Assembly: GCA_964535515.1 (NCBI GenBank)
Contig: CAZHTA010000006.1
Coordinates: forward strand, 1 to 57,026
Length of the DNA: 57,026 nt
Direction of reading: 5' to 3'
Source: an uncultured Gammaproteobacteria bacterium
GTDB lineage: Bacteria > Patescibacteriota > Patescibacteriia > Magasanikbacterales > GWA2-37-8
Numbering within the stretch: position 1 is the first letter of the stretch; every line of letters begins with the position of its first letter. Positions 46,806 through 55,691 of this stretch are shown piece by piece. Under the pieces are notes generated by a model, which had not been told where the DNA came from, ran no database searches, and was given only the letters and a program-made list of their open reading frames with translations. Both the position numbers and the translations under genes were made by a program.

Positions 46806-47399
46806 GTGCTTTACGAACTCTATGACCGACTCAAGGTCCTCGTGTCCTGGATCGCGCTGGCGTTCTGTACCTGTGGCTTCGGCCTGTTGCCCAAAAAGAT
46901 CGGCCGCAAGCTGAAAGGCGGCGGAACGATCGGGAGTATCGTCGGCCTTCTGCTCGCCGCTACTCTCGAGTACACGGGCAACTCGTGGATGTCGATTGGG
47001 CTCATCCCGATTCTGTTCATCCTCGGACGTTGGGCAATTCCACCGGCCGAACGGCTCTTGGCCCTACGTTGGGGTCCGATGCGACGCCACAAAGGCGAAA
47101 AAGAAGTAGTGCGGGACTACAACGTCGTGAATATCGACGAAGTGATCCCCGGACTGCTCTTCGGCCTCATCGCCTGCTTCCACAGCAGCTGGTGGATGGC
47201 CGAAATCGGAATGACCATCATCTTCCGATTCGTAGATAGCAGCAAGCCCTGGCCAGTGAACGTCATCGAAAACAGACTGCAACGCAGCTACCCGCTCGAC
47301 GTCCTCGTGGACGATCTGGCAGGAGCAGTGTACACGGTTCTGATTTACGAGGCGACCAACTGGTACTTCACGCAGCCCTGGGTGTACTTCAGCCTGTGA
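46806..47399 (+). CDS. pgpA: phosphatidylglycerophosphatase A-like protein (high-GC cassette 5)
   Basis: 197 aa with a GTG start 5 nt after GGGGG. PgpA-like motifs are present (GGGTIGSIVGLL, NIDEVIPGL, VDSSKPWPV, LVDDLAGAVYT). Confidence 0.7.
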   Translation: MLYELYDRLKVLVSWIALAFCTCGFGLLPKKIGRKLKGGGTIGSIVGLLLAATLEYTGNSWMSIGLIPILFILGRWAIPPAERLLALRWGPMRRHKGEKEVVRDYNVVNIDEVIPGLLFGLIACFHSSWWMAEIGMTIIFRFVDSSKPWPVNVIENRLQRSYPLDVLVDDLAGAVYTVLIYEATNWYFTQPWVYFSL

Positions 47400-47426
47400 C
47401 ACCCAGGCAGTTCGTAACGCATGAAC

Positions 47427-47455
47427 GCCCGCGACTTCGGTCGCGGGCTTCGTGT
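47427..47455 (+). terminator. GC-rich UUCG-loop terminator of cassette 5
   Basis: GCCCGCGAC-ttcg-GTCGCGGGC followed by TTCGTGT. A second AT-type hairpin, ACACCGGAC/GTCTGGTGT, follows and serves typA on the other strand. Confidence 0.65.
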
Positions 47456-47517
47456 ATATATTAAAAAACACCGGACCGATTAAGTCTGGTGTTTTGATTT
47501 AATTTTTTTGAAAACTT

Positions 47518-49329
47518 TTAACTCATTCCTTTGGCTTTACGTTTAGCATCATCCTCATCTAAAACCATCTTTCTAATACGAACACTTTTAGGAGTAGCTT
47601 CTACTAATTCATCATCGCCAATATATTCTAACGCATCTTCAAGTCCCATGGTACGAGGAGTATTAAACCACTCTGATACACCATCGCCTTTGGAACGCAT
47701 ATTAGACAACGCTTTAGTCTTACAAACATTCACGCGCAAATCGCCAGTATGTGAGTTCTGTCCAACCACTTGTCCTTTGTATACTTTAACCGCAACACCA
47801 AAAAACAATTCACCACGTTCTTGAATGTTAAGTAAACCATACATATTAGTAACACCCGTCTCGTGCGCCACAAGAGAACCCTGATCACGTTCTCTCCAAG
47901 CACCGCTATCTTCATCATACCCAGCAAAAGTGGTATTGATAATACCCAACCCTCGTGTATCAGTTAAAAACTCATGACGAAAACCAAACAAACCTTTAGT
48001 TGGAATTAAAAATTCAAGTGAAGCAATACCATCAACATTTTGAATATTTTTTAAAATACCATGACGAGAACCAAGCTTTTGAATCACAACACCAGAAGTT
48101 GCTTCTGGGGTTTCGATAAACACCTGTTCAAAAGGTGCTAAAGTTTTCCCATCTACTTCTTTTAAAATTACCCGTGGACGTGATACTTGCAATTCAAACC
48201 CTTCACGACGAAGACGTTCAATCAAAATTGCTAAATGTAATTCACCGCGACCAGCGACAATCCAATCACCGTTGGTTCCATCTTCTACTTGTAAGGCCAC
48301 ATCACGTTCTAGTTCTTTGTAAAGTCTCTCACGAATCTGACGAGAAGTAGTAAACTCACCTTCTTGACCAGCAAACGGAGAATCATTAACCATGAAGGTC
48401 ATTTTTACAGTTGGTTCTTCAATCGTCAAAACTGGTAATGCAATTGGGTTGTCAACCGCCGCAATCGTGTCCCCAATAGTAATTTCTGGGATGCCGGCTA
48501 AAGCCACGATATCACCAGCTGACGCTTCGGTAACTGGAACTTTTTCTAAACCAGAAAAAGACATCATCGCGGTTAAACGACATTTTTTCATTTCTCCTGT
48601 ACGACTGATGTGCATTATATCTTGATTGGCTTTTAAAACACCGTTGTAAATTCTCCCAATCGCAATACGACCAAGATAGTTATCGTAGTTAGTTGATACG
48701 GCCAACATCTGTAATGGCGCAGCAACGTCTCCACTTGGTGCTGGTACATATTTTAAAATACTTTCAAACACCGCGCTGATATCAGTCATCTTTTCCATGT
48801 CTGGTTCAAGACCGGCTTTTCCTTGTTTAGCAACAGCATACACCACGGGAAAATCTGCAATCTCATCACTTGCTCCTAGCTCTAAAAACAATTCTAAAGT
48901 TTTATCTAATACATAGCTAATACGAGCAGCTGGTTTATCAATTTTGTTAATAACTACAATAATCTTGTGGCCCATCTGCAGCGCTTTCTTTAAAACAAAT
49001 CTAGTCTGTGGCATTGGCCCTTCTTGCGCATCAACCAAAAGCAAACAGCCATCAGCCATCTTCAAAACCCGTTCTACCTCACCGCCAAAGTCCGCGTGGC
49101 CTGGGGTATCAATAATATTAATTTTAGTTCCCTGCCATTCAACGGCGGCATTTTTAGAGAAAATGGTAATACCGCGTTCACGCTCTAAGTCATTGCTATC
49201 CATAATACAAACCTGATCAACCACCTCTTTTTTAAGGGTGGTTTTGGATTGACGAAGCAAGGCATCCACAAGTGTGGTTTTGCCGTGGTCAACGTGAGCA
49301 ATGATAGCGACGTTACGGATGTTTAACAT
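47518..49329 (-). CDS. typA: translational GTPase TypA/BipA
   Basis: 603 aa with AHVDHGKTTLVD, DTPGH and NKID. Confidence 0.95.
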   Translation of the reverse strand: MLNIRNVAIIAHVDHGKTTLVDALLRQSKTTLKKEVVDQVCIMDSNDLERERGITIFSKNAAVEWQGTKINIIDTPGHADFGGEVERVLKMADGCLLLVDAQEGPMPQTRFVLKKALQMGHKIIVVINKIDKPAARISYVLDKTLELFLELGASDEIADFPVVYAVAKQGKAGLEPDMEKMTDISAVFESILKYVPAPSGDVAAPLQMLAVSTNYDNYLGRIAIGRIYNGVLKANQDIMHISRTGEMKKCRLTAMMSFSGLEKVPVTEASAGDIVALAGIPEITIGDTIAAVDNPIALPVLTIEEPTVKMTFMVNDSPFAGQEGEFTTSRQIRERLYKELERDVALQVEDGTNGDWIVAGRGELHLAILIERLRREGFELQVSRPRVILKEVDGKTLAPFEQVFIETPEATSGVVIQKLGSRHGILKNIQNVDGIASLEFLIPTKGLFGFRHEFLTDTRGLGIINTTFAGYDEDSGAWRERDQGSLVAHETGVTNMYGLLNIQERGELFFGVAVKVYKGQVVGQNSHTGDLRVNVCKTKALSNMRSKGDGVSEWFNTPRTMGLEDALEYIGDDELVEATPKSVRIRKMVLDEDDAKRKAKGMS

Positions 49330-49382
49330 AACTTAAATAAAATATTGGCTCGAGAAAAGCCAACAAAGACTAACTTGGCCAA

Positions 49383-49411
49383 ATTATACCTTATTTATTG
49401 GGTTTTGTCAA
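49383..49411 (-). promoter_or_regulatory. typA promoter
   Basis: Minus strand TTGACA (49406-49411), 17-nt spacer, TATAAT (49383-49388). Confidence 0.6.
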
Positions 49412-49427
49412 CCTGTCCCCAATCAGA

Positions 49428-49456
49428 TTGACACCTCCACCCTTTTGTGCTACAAT
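49428..49456 (+). promoter_or_regulatory. rny promoter, about 245 nt upstream of the start codon
   Basis: TTGACA (49428-49433), 17-nt spacer, TACAAT (49451-49456). Confidence 0.6.
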
Positions 49457-49706
49457 AATGATGCTTATTTTATTATTAACACGGTTGTTCTCTGCCCATA
49501 GTTGTAGAGAAAACGATAGTTAAGAGCAAACTCCGTCGTCCAAATATACCACTACTGGAACGGATAAAATATGATTTTTTACATGTTTTCTAACCTTTTG
49601 AAATCTTTTTCTTCTCTTGAAGAAACTCTCAAAGGAAAGTCATAGGACTCTTCTCTATTTGTATTTCTCTAAAACTAAAGGCAACAACCTTTGAAATTTT
49701 TTGTAT

Positions 49707-51233
49707 ATGAACGAATTAATTATCCTAGCAGTTGCTTTGATCGCCGTTGGTGCTGGTTTTGTCATTGGCTACTTTTTACGTAAAAAGTTAGCCCAAGCCC
49801 AAGCCAACTCAATCGAAGCTCGAGCGGAACGAATGTTGATTGAGGCTAAAACCAAACAACAGGAGTTTATCTTAGAAGCTAAAGAAAAGGCCGTAAAAAT
49901 TATCGAGGAAGCCAAACGCGAAGAAAAGCAAACCCGCCAAGAACTACACAGTGAAAAACAACGTTTGGAAAAACGTGAAACCATGTTTGACCAAAAACTT
50001 TTGGAATTCCAAGATACTCAAACCAAACTACAAGAAAAGGTAGAGCGAGTAAAACAGATCAAACAAGAGATCGAAAATTTGAAATTGCAAGAAATGGAAA
50101 AACTCCAAGTAGTGGCAAACATGACCAACGAAGAAGCCAAAATGGAGTTACTAAAAATGGTAGAGGAAGAAAGTCAAGCCGACTTGCTAGCACGCATGAT
50201 GAAACTAGACCGAGAGTCTAGTGACAAATACGAAGAAAAAGCGCGTGAGATTATCATCGACGCTATTCAACGTACCGCTTCTTCTCATGCCGCTGAAACC
50301 ACCTCTTCCATCGTCACTTTACCAAGCGAAGAAATGAAGGGTCGTATTATCGGTAAAGAAGGACGCAATATTAAAACTATCGAAAAACTAACTGGCTGCG
50401 AATTGATCATCGACGATACTCCAGAGTCAATCATGATCTCCTGCTTCTCCCCTATCCGTCGTGAAGTAGCTAGACTATCTTTAGAAAAATTAATGGCTGA
50501 TGGCCGCATCCAACCAGCTCGCATTGAAGAGTTTGTTGAAAAAGCTAAACAAGACCTATCGCTTGATATTAAAAAAGCCGGCGAAGAAGCCTTGTACAAA
50601 ATGGCGATCACTGGTATTGATCCAAAACTAGTAAACATTGTTGGTCGTTTAAAATATCGCACTTCCTACGGTCAAAATATTTTAAACCACTCGATGGAAG
50701 TGGGTTACTTGTCTGCTCTAATCGCCGCTGAACTTGGTTTAGACCAAGCCAAAGCCAAGAAGGCTGGTTTGTTCCATGATATTGGTAAAGCTGTTGACCA
50801 AGAAACCCAAGGTTCTCACCCAGACATCGGCTATACTATTCTTAAGAAATTTAACGCTGACGAAGATATCTGCCAAGCCGCTCGTGATCATCACCTTGAT
50901 AAACCACAGAGCGTCTACGCCACTATCGTCAAAGCCGCTGATGCTATCTCTGGCTCACGTATTGGTGCAAGAAAAGATACCTACGAACACTTTGTCGCTC
51001 GTCTAGAAGAATTAGAAAAAACTGCTACTGGATTCCCTGGTGTTGATAAGGTATATGCTATCCAAGCTGGTCGTGAAATTCGTGTGTTTGTTAAACCAAA
51101 CGAAATCGATGACTACGCTGCTGTACAGCTATCTAAAGATATCGCCCACAAGATTGAAGAAGAATTGCAATATCCTGGTGAAATTCGTGTTACCATTATC
51201 CGCGAAACTCGCGTGGTAGAATACGCTCGCTAA
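49707..51233 (+). CDS. rny: ribonuclease Y
   Basis: N-terminal TM, coiled coil, KH (GRIIGKEGRNIKTIE) and HD domain (LFHDIGK). The ATG at 49707 is preferred; TTG 49701 is an alternative. Confidence 0.93.
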   Translation: MNELIILAVALIAVGAGFVIGYFLRKKLAQAQANSIEARAERMLIEAKTKQQEFILEAKEKAVKIIEEAKREEKQTRQELHSEKQRLEKRETMFDQKLLEFQDTQTKLQEKVERVKQIKQEIENLKLQEMEKLQVVANMTNEEAKMELLKMVEEESQADLLARMMKLDRESSDKYEEKAREIIIDAIQRTASSHAAETTSSIVTLPSEEMKGRIIGKEGRNIKTIEKLTGCELIIDDTPESIMISCFSPIRREVARLSLEKLMADGRIQPARIEEFVEKAKQDLSLDIKKAGEEALYKMAITGIDPKLVNIVGRLKYRTSYGQNILNHSMEVGYLSALIAAELGLDQAKAKKAGLFHDIGKAVDQETQGSHPDIGYTILKKFNADEDICQAARDHHLDKPQSVYATIVKAADAISGSRIGARKDTYEHFVARLEELEKTATGFPGVDKVYAIQAGREIRVFVKPNEIDDYAAVQLSKDIAHKIEEELQYPGEIRVTIIRETRVVEYAR

Positions 51234-51366
51234 GCTTGTGGACAACTTTTTGGCTAATCTAGCCAAAAAAAAGTCGTGATGATATAATGCAAGTGTTGAA
51301 TACGCAAATATTTATGCGTAATCAGATATATAATAATCTACCTTTAATAAGAAAGGGGGTGAATCT

Positions 51367-51648
51367 ATGAACAAAGCTGAATTAGCACAAGTTTTAGCAG
51401 AGAAATTAAACACTTCTAAACGTGAAGCCGAAGATATGATCAACACTTTAGTTGACACTATCATGGCTACTTTGAAAAAAGGTGACGAAGTTGTGTTGAC
51501 TGGTTTTGGTGCTTTCTCTGTAAAACAACGCGCTGGACGCACTGGTGTTAACCCACAAAACCCTACTGAAAAGATTCAAATCCCACCAGTAAAAGTTCCA
51601 AAATTTAAAGCTGGCAAGGCCCTTAAAGACGCCTTAAAACACAGTTAA
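51367..51648 (+). CDS. hup: DNA-binding protein HU
   Basis: 93 aa with MNKAELA...GFGAFSVKQRAGRTGVNPQNP. It is one of the few backbone genes with an SD-like GGGGGTG. Confidence 0.93.
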   Translation: MNKAELAQVLAEKLNTSKREAEDMINTLVDTIMATLKKGDEVVLTGFGAFSVKQRAGRTGVNPQNPTEKIQIPPVKVPKFKAGKALKDALKHS

Positions 51649-51689
51649 AAAAGTAAAATCCCCAAGATACTTATCAAGGGGATTTTTAT

Positions 51690-52364
51690 TTACACATTTT
51701 TTATCAAACCTTTTATCAGACCCATCATCCTATAATATTCCTGCCTGCTATTCACTCTTATGTCTAGGGTCCCAAAAGGTAAAATATTTTTTGGCCTCAC
51801 CCCTGCACTAGCAACACTAACTTGATCAACTATTCTAAAATTACTAATCGGCAAACCTGTTGCTTCAGACCAAAAAACCTTCGCCTTTCTATAATTTAAA
51901 TTCGGATGTATATGAATGTGAGTACGTATTCTTTTATCATCTATATTTAAAATTTTCCGAATAAACTTCATAAAAATTACTACCATCTCTCGATCGGAAT
52001 TAGTAAAACTTAATTTGGGATGCCTGTTGCTTTTATACCCTTCACCCCAATAAAGAGCCGCCCCTATAAGCAGCATCTCTCTCTCGTTTATGTGGCTAAC
52101 CTTAGCGACTGACTTTAAAAAAATATCTTCATTTTCTTTCTTTATTCGTTCGGAACGCTCAACATTAAAGGCTAAAATCCCTCTTTTATGAGCCAACGCC
52201 ATATTCTTACTTAATTTATCTTGTGCAGCATTGGTTAGTTTAATATCCTTAAACCAACAACTTAACGTCCCTTTCGATTTTAAACCTAAAATTTTTATAA
52301 TTTCATTGTAACTTTTCCCTTGCAATCTAAACTTTATGGCTTGTTCTTTTAATTCTTTATGCAT
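51690..52364 (-). CDS. HTH domain protein with a LAGLIDADG-like homing-endonuclease-like core (tentative)
   Basis: 224 aa with an N-terminal HTH (GKSYNEIIKILGLKSKGTLSCW), then LLIGAALYWGEGYK and LSFTNSD..MV, which resemble a single LAGLIDADG module. Confidence 0.4.
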   Translation of the reverse strand: MHKELKEQAIKFRLQGKSYNEIIKILGLKSKGTLSCWFKDIKLTNAAQDKLSKNMALAHKRGILAFNVERSERIKKENEDIFLKSVAKVSHINEREMLLIGAALYWGEGYKSNRHPKLSFTNSDREMVVIFMKFIRKILNIDDKRIRTHIHIHPNLNYRKAKVFWSEATGLPISNFRIVDQVSVASAGVRPKNILPFGTLDIRVNSRQEYYRMMGLIKGLIKNV

Positions 52365-52434
52365 AATAACTATTTAAATTTGAACTACCTTACATAATAT
52401 ATTGTAACATATACTATAAAAATTAACAAAGGCA

Positions 52435-52462
52435 TTGACTTTTTTCTCCAAAATAGTATAAT
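52435..52462 (+). promoter_or_regulatory. tRNA-Glu promoter
   Basis: TTGACT (52435-52440), 16-nt spacer, TATAAT (52457-52462), 14 nt before the tRNA 5' end. Confidence 0.6.
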
Positions 52463-52476
52463 GCTTTCATCGTTTC

Positions 52477-52551
52477 GGCCTCATCGTCTAATGGTTAGGA
52501 CATCTCGCTTTCAATGAGAAAATACGAGTTCGATTCTCGTTGGGGCTACCA
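52477..52551 (+). tRNA. tRNA-Glu (anticodon UUC) with encoded CCA
   Basis: Hand-folded cloverleaf. Acceptor GGCCTCA/TGGGGCT (two G-U pairs), D arm GTCT-AATGGTTA-GGAC, anticodon arm TCTCG-CTTTCAA-TGAGA, T arm ACGAG-TTCGATT-CTCGT, discriminator A, then CCA. Confidence 0.85.
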
Positions 52552-52558
52552 AATTAAA

Positions 52559-52589
52559 ATCCACTTATTATAGTGGGTTTTATTTTTTT
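52559..52589 (+). terminator. terminator after tRNA-Glu
   Basis: ATCCACT-tattat-AGTGGGT followed by TTTTATTTTTTT. Confidence 0.7.
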
Positions 52590-52595
52590 ATTAAA

Positions 52596-52624
52596 TTGAC
52601 AGTTCGCTATTTTACAGATAACAT
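52596..52624 (+). promoter_or_regulatory. promoter of high-GC cassette 6
   Basis: TTGACA (52596-52601), 17-nt spacer, TAACAT (52619-52624). Confidence 0.5.
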
Positions 52625-52678
52625 TTTAATTAACTCGGAAAGGAATACACGATGCGAGTATAGCAGACGGTCAAGAAG

Positions 52679-53080
52679 GTGTACCACAACGCCTTCAACA
52701 TCCGATTTGCCATCATCTCCGCCGTATTCAACGGAATATGGGTGATGGCAATCAACAGCCCACACGGGTTTCCTGTGTGGCTTTGTGCGGGAATGACGCA
52801 AGCTGTCTCGAGCTTCTGTTCGACAGGGGTAACTGCCAGGGTGGTCCAACACTTCTCTCCAATGCATAGCGCCTTCAAAGCCTATACACTCGGAAGTGTC
52901 GTCCCTGCGATGTTGACCAGCGTAATGAGCGTGGGTGCTCATCTGGCTAACGGAACTCCTGAACCAATCTCGAGCTCGGCAATGGCCATCGGGACCAGCT
53001 TCGTCACGAGCTTCGTCACCAACTTCATCACGCGGCGTGGGTTCTTTCGCCCGCCGAACTATCCGACCACGCGGCCGTGA
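52679..53080 (+). CDS. small polytopic membrane protein (high-GC cassette 6)
   Basis: 133 aa with a GTG start and hydrophobic segments (AIISAVFNGIWVMAI, SVVPAMLTSVMSVGA, AMAIGTSFVTSFVTNFI). It is preceded by a 3-codon mini-ORF, ATG CGA GTA TAG (52652-52663), which has the well-spaced SD (AAGGA). A hairpin, GGTAGAGTACG/CGTACCCTAC, follows the stop. Confidence 0.55.
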   Translation: MYHNAFNIRFAIISAVFNGIWVMAINSPHGFPVWLCAGMTQAVSSFCSTGVTARVVQHFSPMHSAFKAYTLGSVVPAMLTSVMSVGAHLANGTPEPISSSAMAIGTSFVTSFVTNFITRRGFFRPPNYPTTRP

Positions 53081-53645
53081 GGTAGAGTACGTCTGCCCAC
53101 GGCCGTACCCTACTTCTTATATTAAACTGCTGATAATTCTGTATACCATTTTCTAATTTCCTCAAACAAAAAGTTCGACGGTCAATAAAATGATCTAAAT
53201 AACAAAACACTACCTAAATGTTGGTATTTTGTTATTTATATGGTTCGATGAAAAAACCGGCAGGACTAATGTCTGTCTTTTATTTGTACAATAATTATCA
53301 TAAAATAACAAATATGCTATAATATTAAAAGAAAGAATGAAATAACTTCACTGGCTAGAGATTTTTTTAAAATCAGAATCTCCTCCTCCCGTGAAGGACT
53401 ATCACAAGACGACGGCAAACATAAATTAAAAATAGATGGCATTACCTCTTACAATCACCAGGTAATAGAAAAATGGTACAAAGAAGCAATCGCAATAGCC
53501 GAGATTGTTGTTGCTGTAGAAAAAGAATATTTTAACCACAAAGAAAAAATAACATCGACTAATTAAAAATCTAAACCAAATTACCCAGAATACCCCAGTG
53601 CTAATAAACGTTTAAATTACCAACATAACAAACTATAACTAAAAA

Positions 53646-53669
53646 CCCCACTATTTAAGTGGGGTTTTT
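53646..53669 (+). terminator. intrinsic terminator (works on both strands)
   Basis: CCCCACT-attta-AGTGGGG flanked by A5 and T5. Confidence 0.65.
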
Positions 53670-53710
53670 AGTTACATAAAACATCGAACAACTAAACTAA
53701 AGCACTTTCT

Positions 53711-53929
53711 CTATCTATTAGCTAAAATTATACAACTTAACACAAACGCTATAGTAAAAAAGATCGCTCCATAAAAACACGGCGTTAAAAAAGGATTTAC
53801 TCCAGGCATACAACCAGTAGTACATGTATTTTTTTTAATCCAACTATATAATTCATAACCAAAATTCCCCCAAGCAAAAATCGTACCACAAAGTAAAACG
53901 ATAAATTGTGCCAAGATGATCTTGCCCAT
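53711..53929 (-). CDS. small membrane protein with four Cys
   Basis: 72 aa with two TM helices flanking WIKKNTCTTGCMPGVNPFLTPC. Confidence 0.5.
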   Translation of the reverse strand: MGKIILAQFIVLLCGTIFAWGNFGYELYSWIKKNTCTTGCMPGVNPFLTPCFYGAIFFTIAFVLSCIILANR

Positions 53930-54072
53930 ATATAATTAAAAATTATTTTATTGCGGTAAATAACCGCATATATTAATATTATACCAAATTTCCTTTAAAC
54001 CTAGCAACGTGTCTACCATAAAGAGTAATGCTATGGTAGAATAACTGAAGAAATAACCACTAATACAACAAC

Positions 54073-54708
54073 ATGCCCAACAAAAATACCCGCCTAATAT
54101 TTTTTATAATATATTTCTCAATATTTTTTGTTCTACCTATTTTTATTGCTATCCCCCATTTTAATCCCGACCATGACCTTAAAATACTCCTCTACGCTTT
54201 CTTTTTGGTCTTTACGATCTCATACCTACGAAACGAATGGAAAATGTTCCCCAAAGAAAAATATCTACTCACTTTTATTCCGTTTATACTAAACCTGCTA
54301 ATTATCACCTTTAGCCATAACTGGAAATCAATATCAAATAATATACTAATTAGCTGGGCAATAACATTCACCAGTATAATGTGTGCAGAAATATTACAAT
54401 CTCTCTACAAAGAATTTACAATAGTAAATATAAAAAAAGAAAACTGGGAAAACACCGAAACCCCTTTCCTAAAAAAATATTGGCGACAAAAGTTTTTTAA
54501 ACAAACAACCTACCTAGGAGGCCCACTATTCTTATTATTCTCGTCCTCAATAATCAGCTTCTCAATATTCCTGGTCATAATATATCCCGATTATATAAAC
54601 ACCTACCAATACCCACAAAACCTAACGGCTGGAATATATGTACTAATATCCTTTATTCTTGGCACAATCAACTATTTACGCGTTTTCAAGAATCAACCAA
54701 CTGACTAA
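54073..54708 (+). CDS. polytopic membrane protein, unknown function
   Basis: 211 aa with about 6 hydrophobic helices. It is very AT-rich, like the backbone. Confidence 0.55.
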   Translation: MPNKNTRLIFFIIYFSIFFVLPIFIAIPHFNPDHDLKILLYAFFLVFTISYLRNEWKMFPKEKYLLTFIPFILNLLIITFSHNWKSISNNILISWAITFTSIMCAEILQSLYKEFTIVNIKKENWENTETPFLKKYWRQKFFKQTTYLGGPLFLLFSSSIISFSIFLVIIYPDYINTYQYPQNLTAGIYVLISFILGTINYLRVFKNQPTD

Positions 54709-54741
54709 AAAAATAACACCGATTAAAAAATACCTAAACAA

Positions 54742-54770
54742 AAACTCAGCAATAACTGAGTTTTTGTTTT
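54742..54770. terminator. bidirectional terminator
   Basis: AAACTCAG-caataa-CTGAGTTT with T runs on both strands. Confidence 0.65.
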
Positions 54771-54802
54771 TATAATCATTGTCCACCACCCCCAAAGAAA
54801 CT

Positions 54803-55522
54803 CTAAAGTTTATCAAACAACAACTTAAATATTTTCTTCTGAAACTCTGCAAAAATTGGACTTTCAATTAACGTTGCAGTTTCTGAACGAAAATCAATAA
54901 ACGCTACCTTGTTCCCATATATCAATTGCGTAATGTCAAAATCAAACAGACCATACTTTGGCGGTACTACTTTTATCAACCGTCCCAAGCGTTGTTTTTT
55001 TTGTTGTCTAGTGATCTCGTTCGTAATAATTAATCTTTCTACTTCAATGCGATCACGAAAACGCAAAAGATATTCGTTGGGAATATACTTACGCGCTGCC
55101 TTATAGTTCCGCGGCGATTCATAGCGGTAAAAAATATCACCTTTCTTACAAGTTGAAACCAAATCTTCATAAACATGGCGAACACCGTGCTCACCTTCAA
55201 AATAACTGATGATCGGTTTAGTCTCAGAAACATTGTACATCTGCAATAGCGCCGGCATCTGCCCTTGCACTTCAACTTTAATACTTTCGGCAATCTTCTC
55301 TAGCTGACGCGGCGATTCAGCCAAATATACTTTGCGTTTACCATGGCGCGATTCAGCCACCAAATCTTTGTTCACAAGTATGGGAAGGTATTTATAAACC
55401 TGAGGACGATGTAATCCGGTTTTTTGTGCAATCTCCGCAACCGACATTGCACCCTGAGACATTAAAACCTGATAAATCTTTGCCTCAATAATCGACAAAC
55501 CAATTTTAGTAAGTATTTCCAT
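54803..55522 (-). CDS. TrmB-family HTH transcriptional regulator
   Basis: 239 aa with an N-terminal wHTH (LSIIEAKIYQVLMSQGAMSVAEIAQKTGLHRPQVYKYL). Confidence 0.75.
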   Translation of the reverse strand: MEILTKIGLSIIEAKIYQVLMSQGAMSVAEIAQKTGLHRPQVYKYLPILVNKDLVAESRHGKRKVYLAESPRQLEKIAESIKVEVQGQMPALLQMYNVSETKPIISYFEGEHGVRHVYEDLVSTCKKGDIFYRYESPRNYKAARKYIPNEYLLRFRDRIEVERLIITNEITRQQKKQRLGRLIKVVPPKYGLFDFDITQLIYGNKVAFIDFRSETATLIESPIFAEFQKKIFKLLFDKL

Positions 55523-55691
55523 AAAATGTATATTAAAAGATACACTATATATTTAATATATAACGCCTGTCATTATTAGTCAAATGAATAAACATACACA
55601 ATCCTAATTCATATTTGTATATAAATTAATACAGAATTATCGAAACAACATATAATTGCAGTAGTCCTTTAACAACCCATAGGAGAAAGAC

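Noticed and set aside
45874-47471. Shadow ORFs in cassettes 4 and 5 (for example 45874-46101, 46176-46403, 46366-46623, 46820-47092, 46985-47239, 47064-47471)
   Set aside because: They overlap the signal-peptide protein and the PgpA-like gene and have Arg/Pro-rich compositions.
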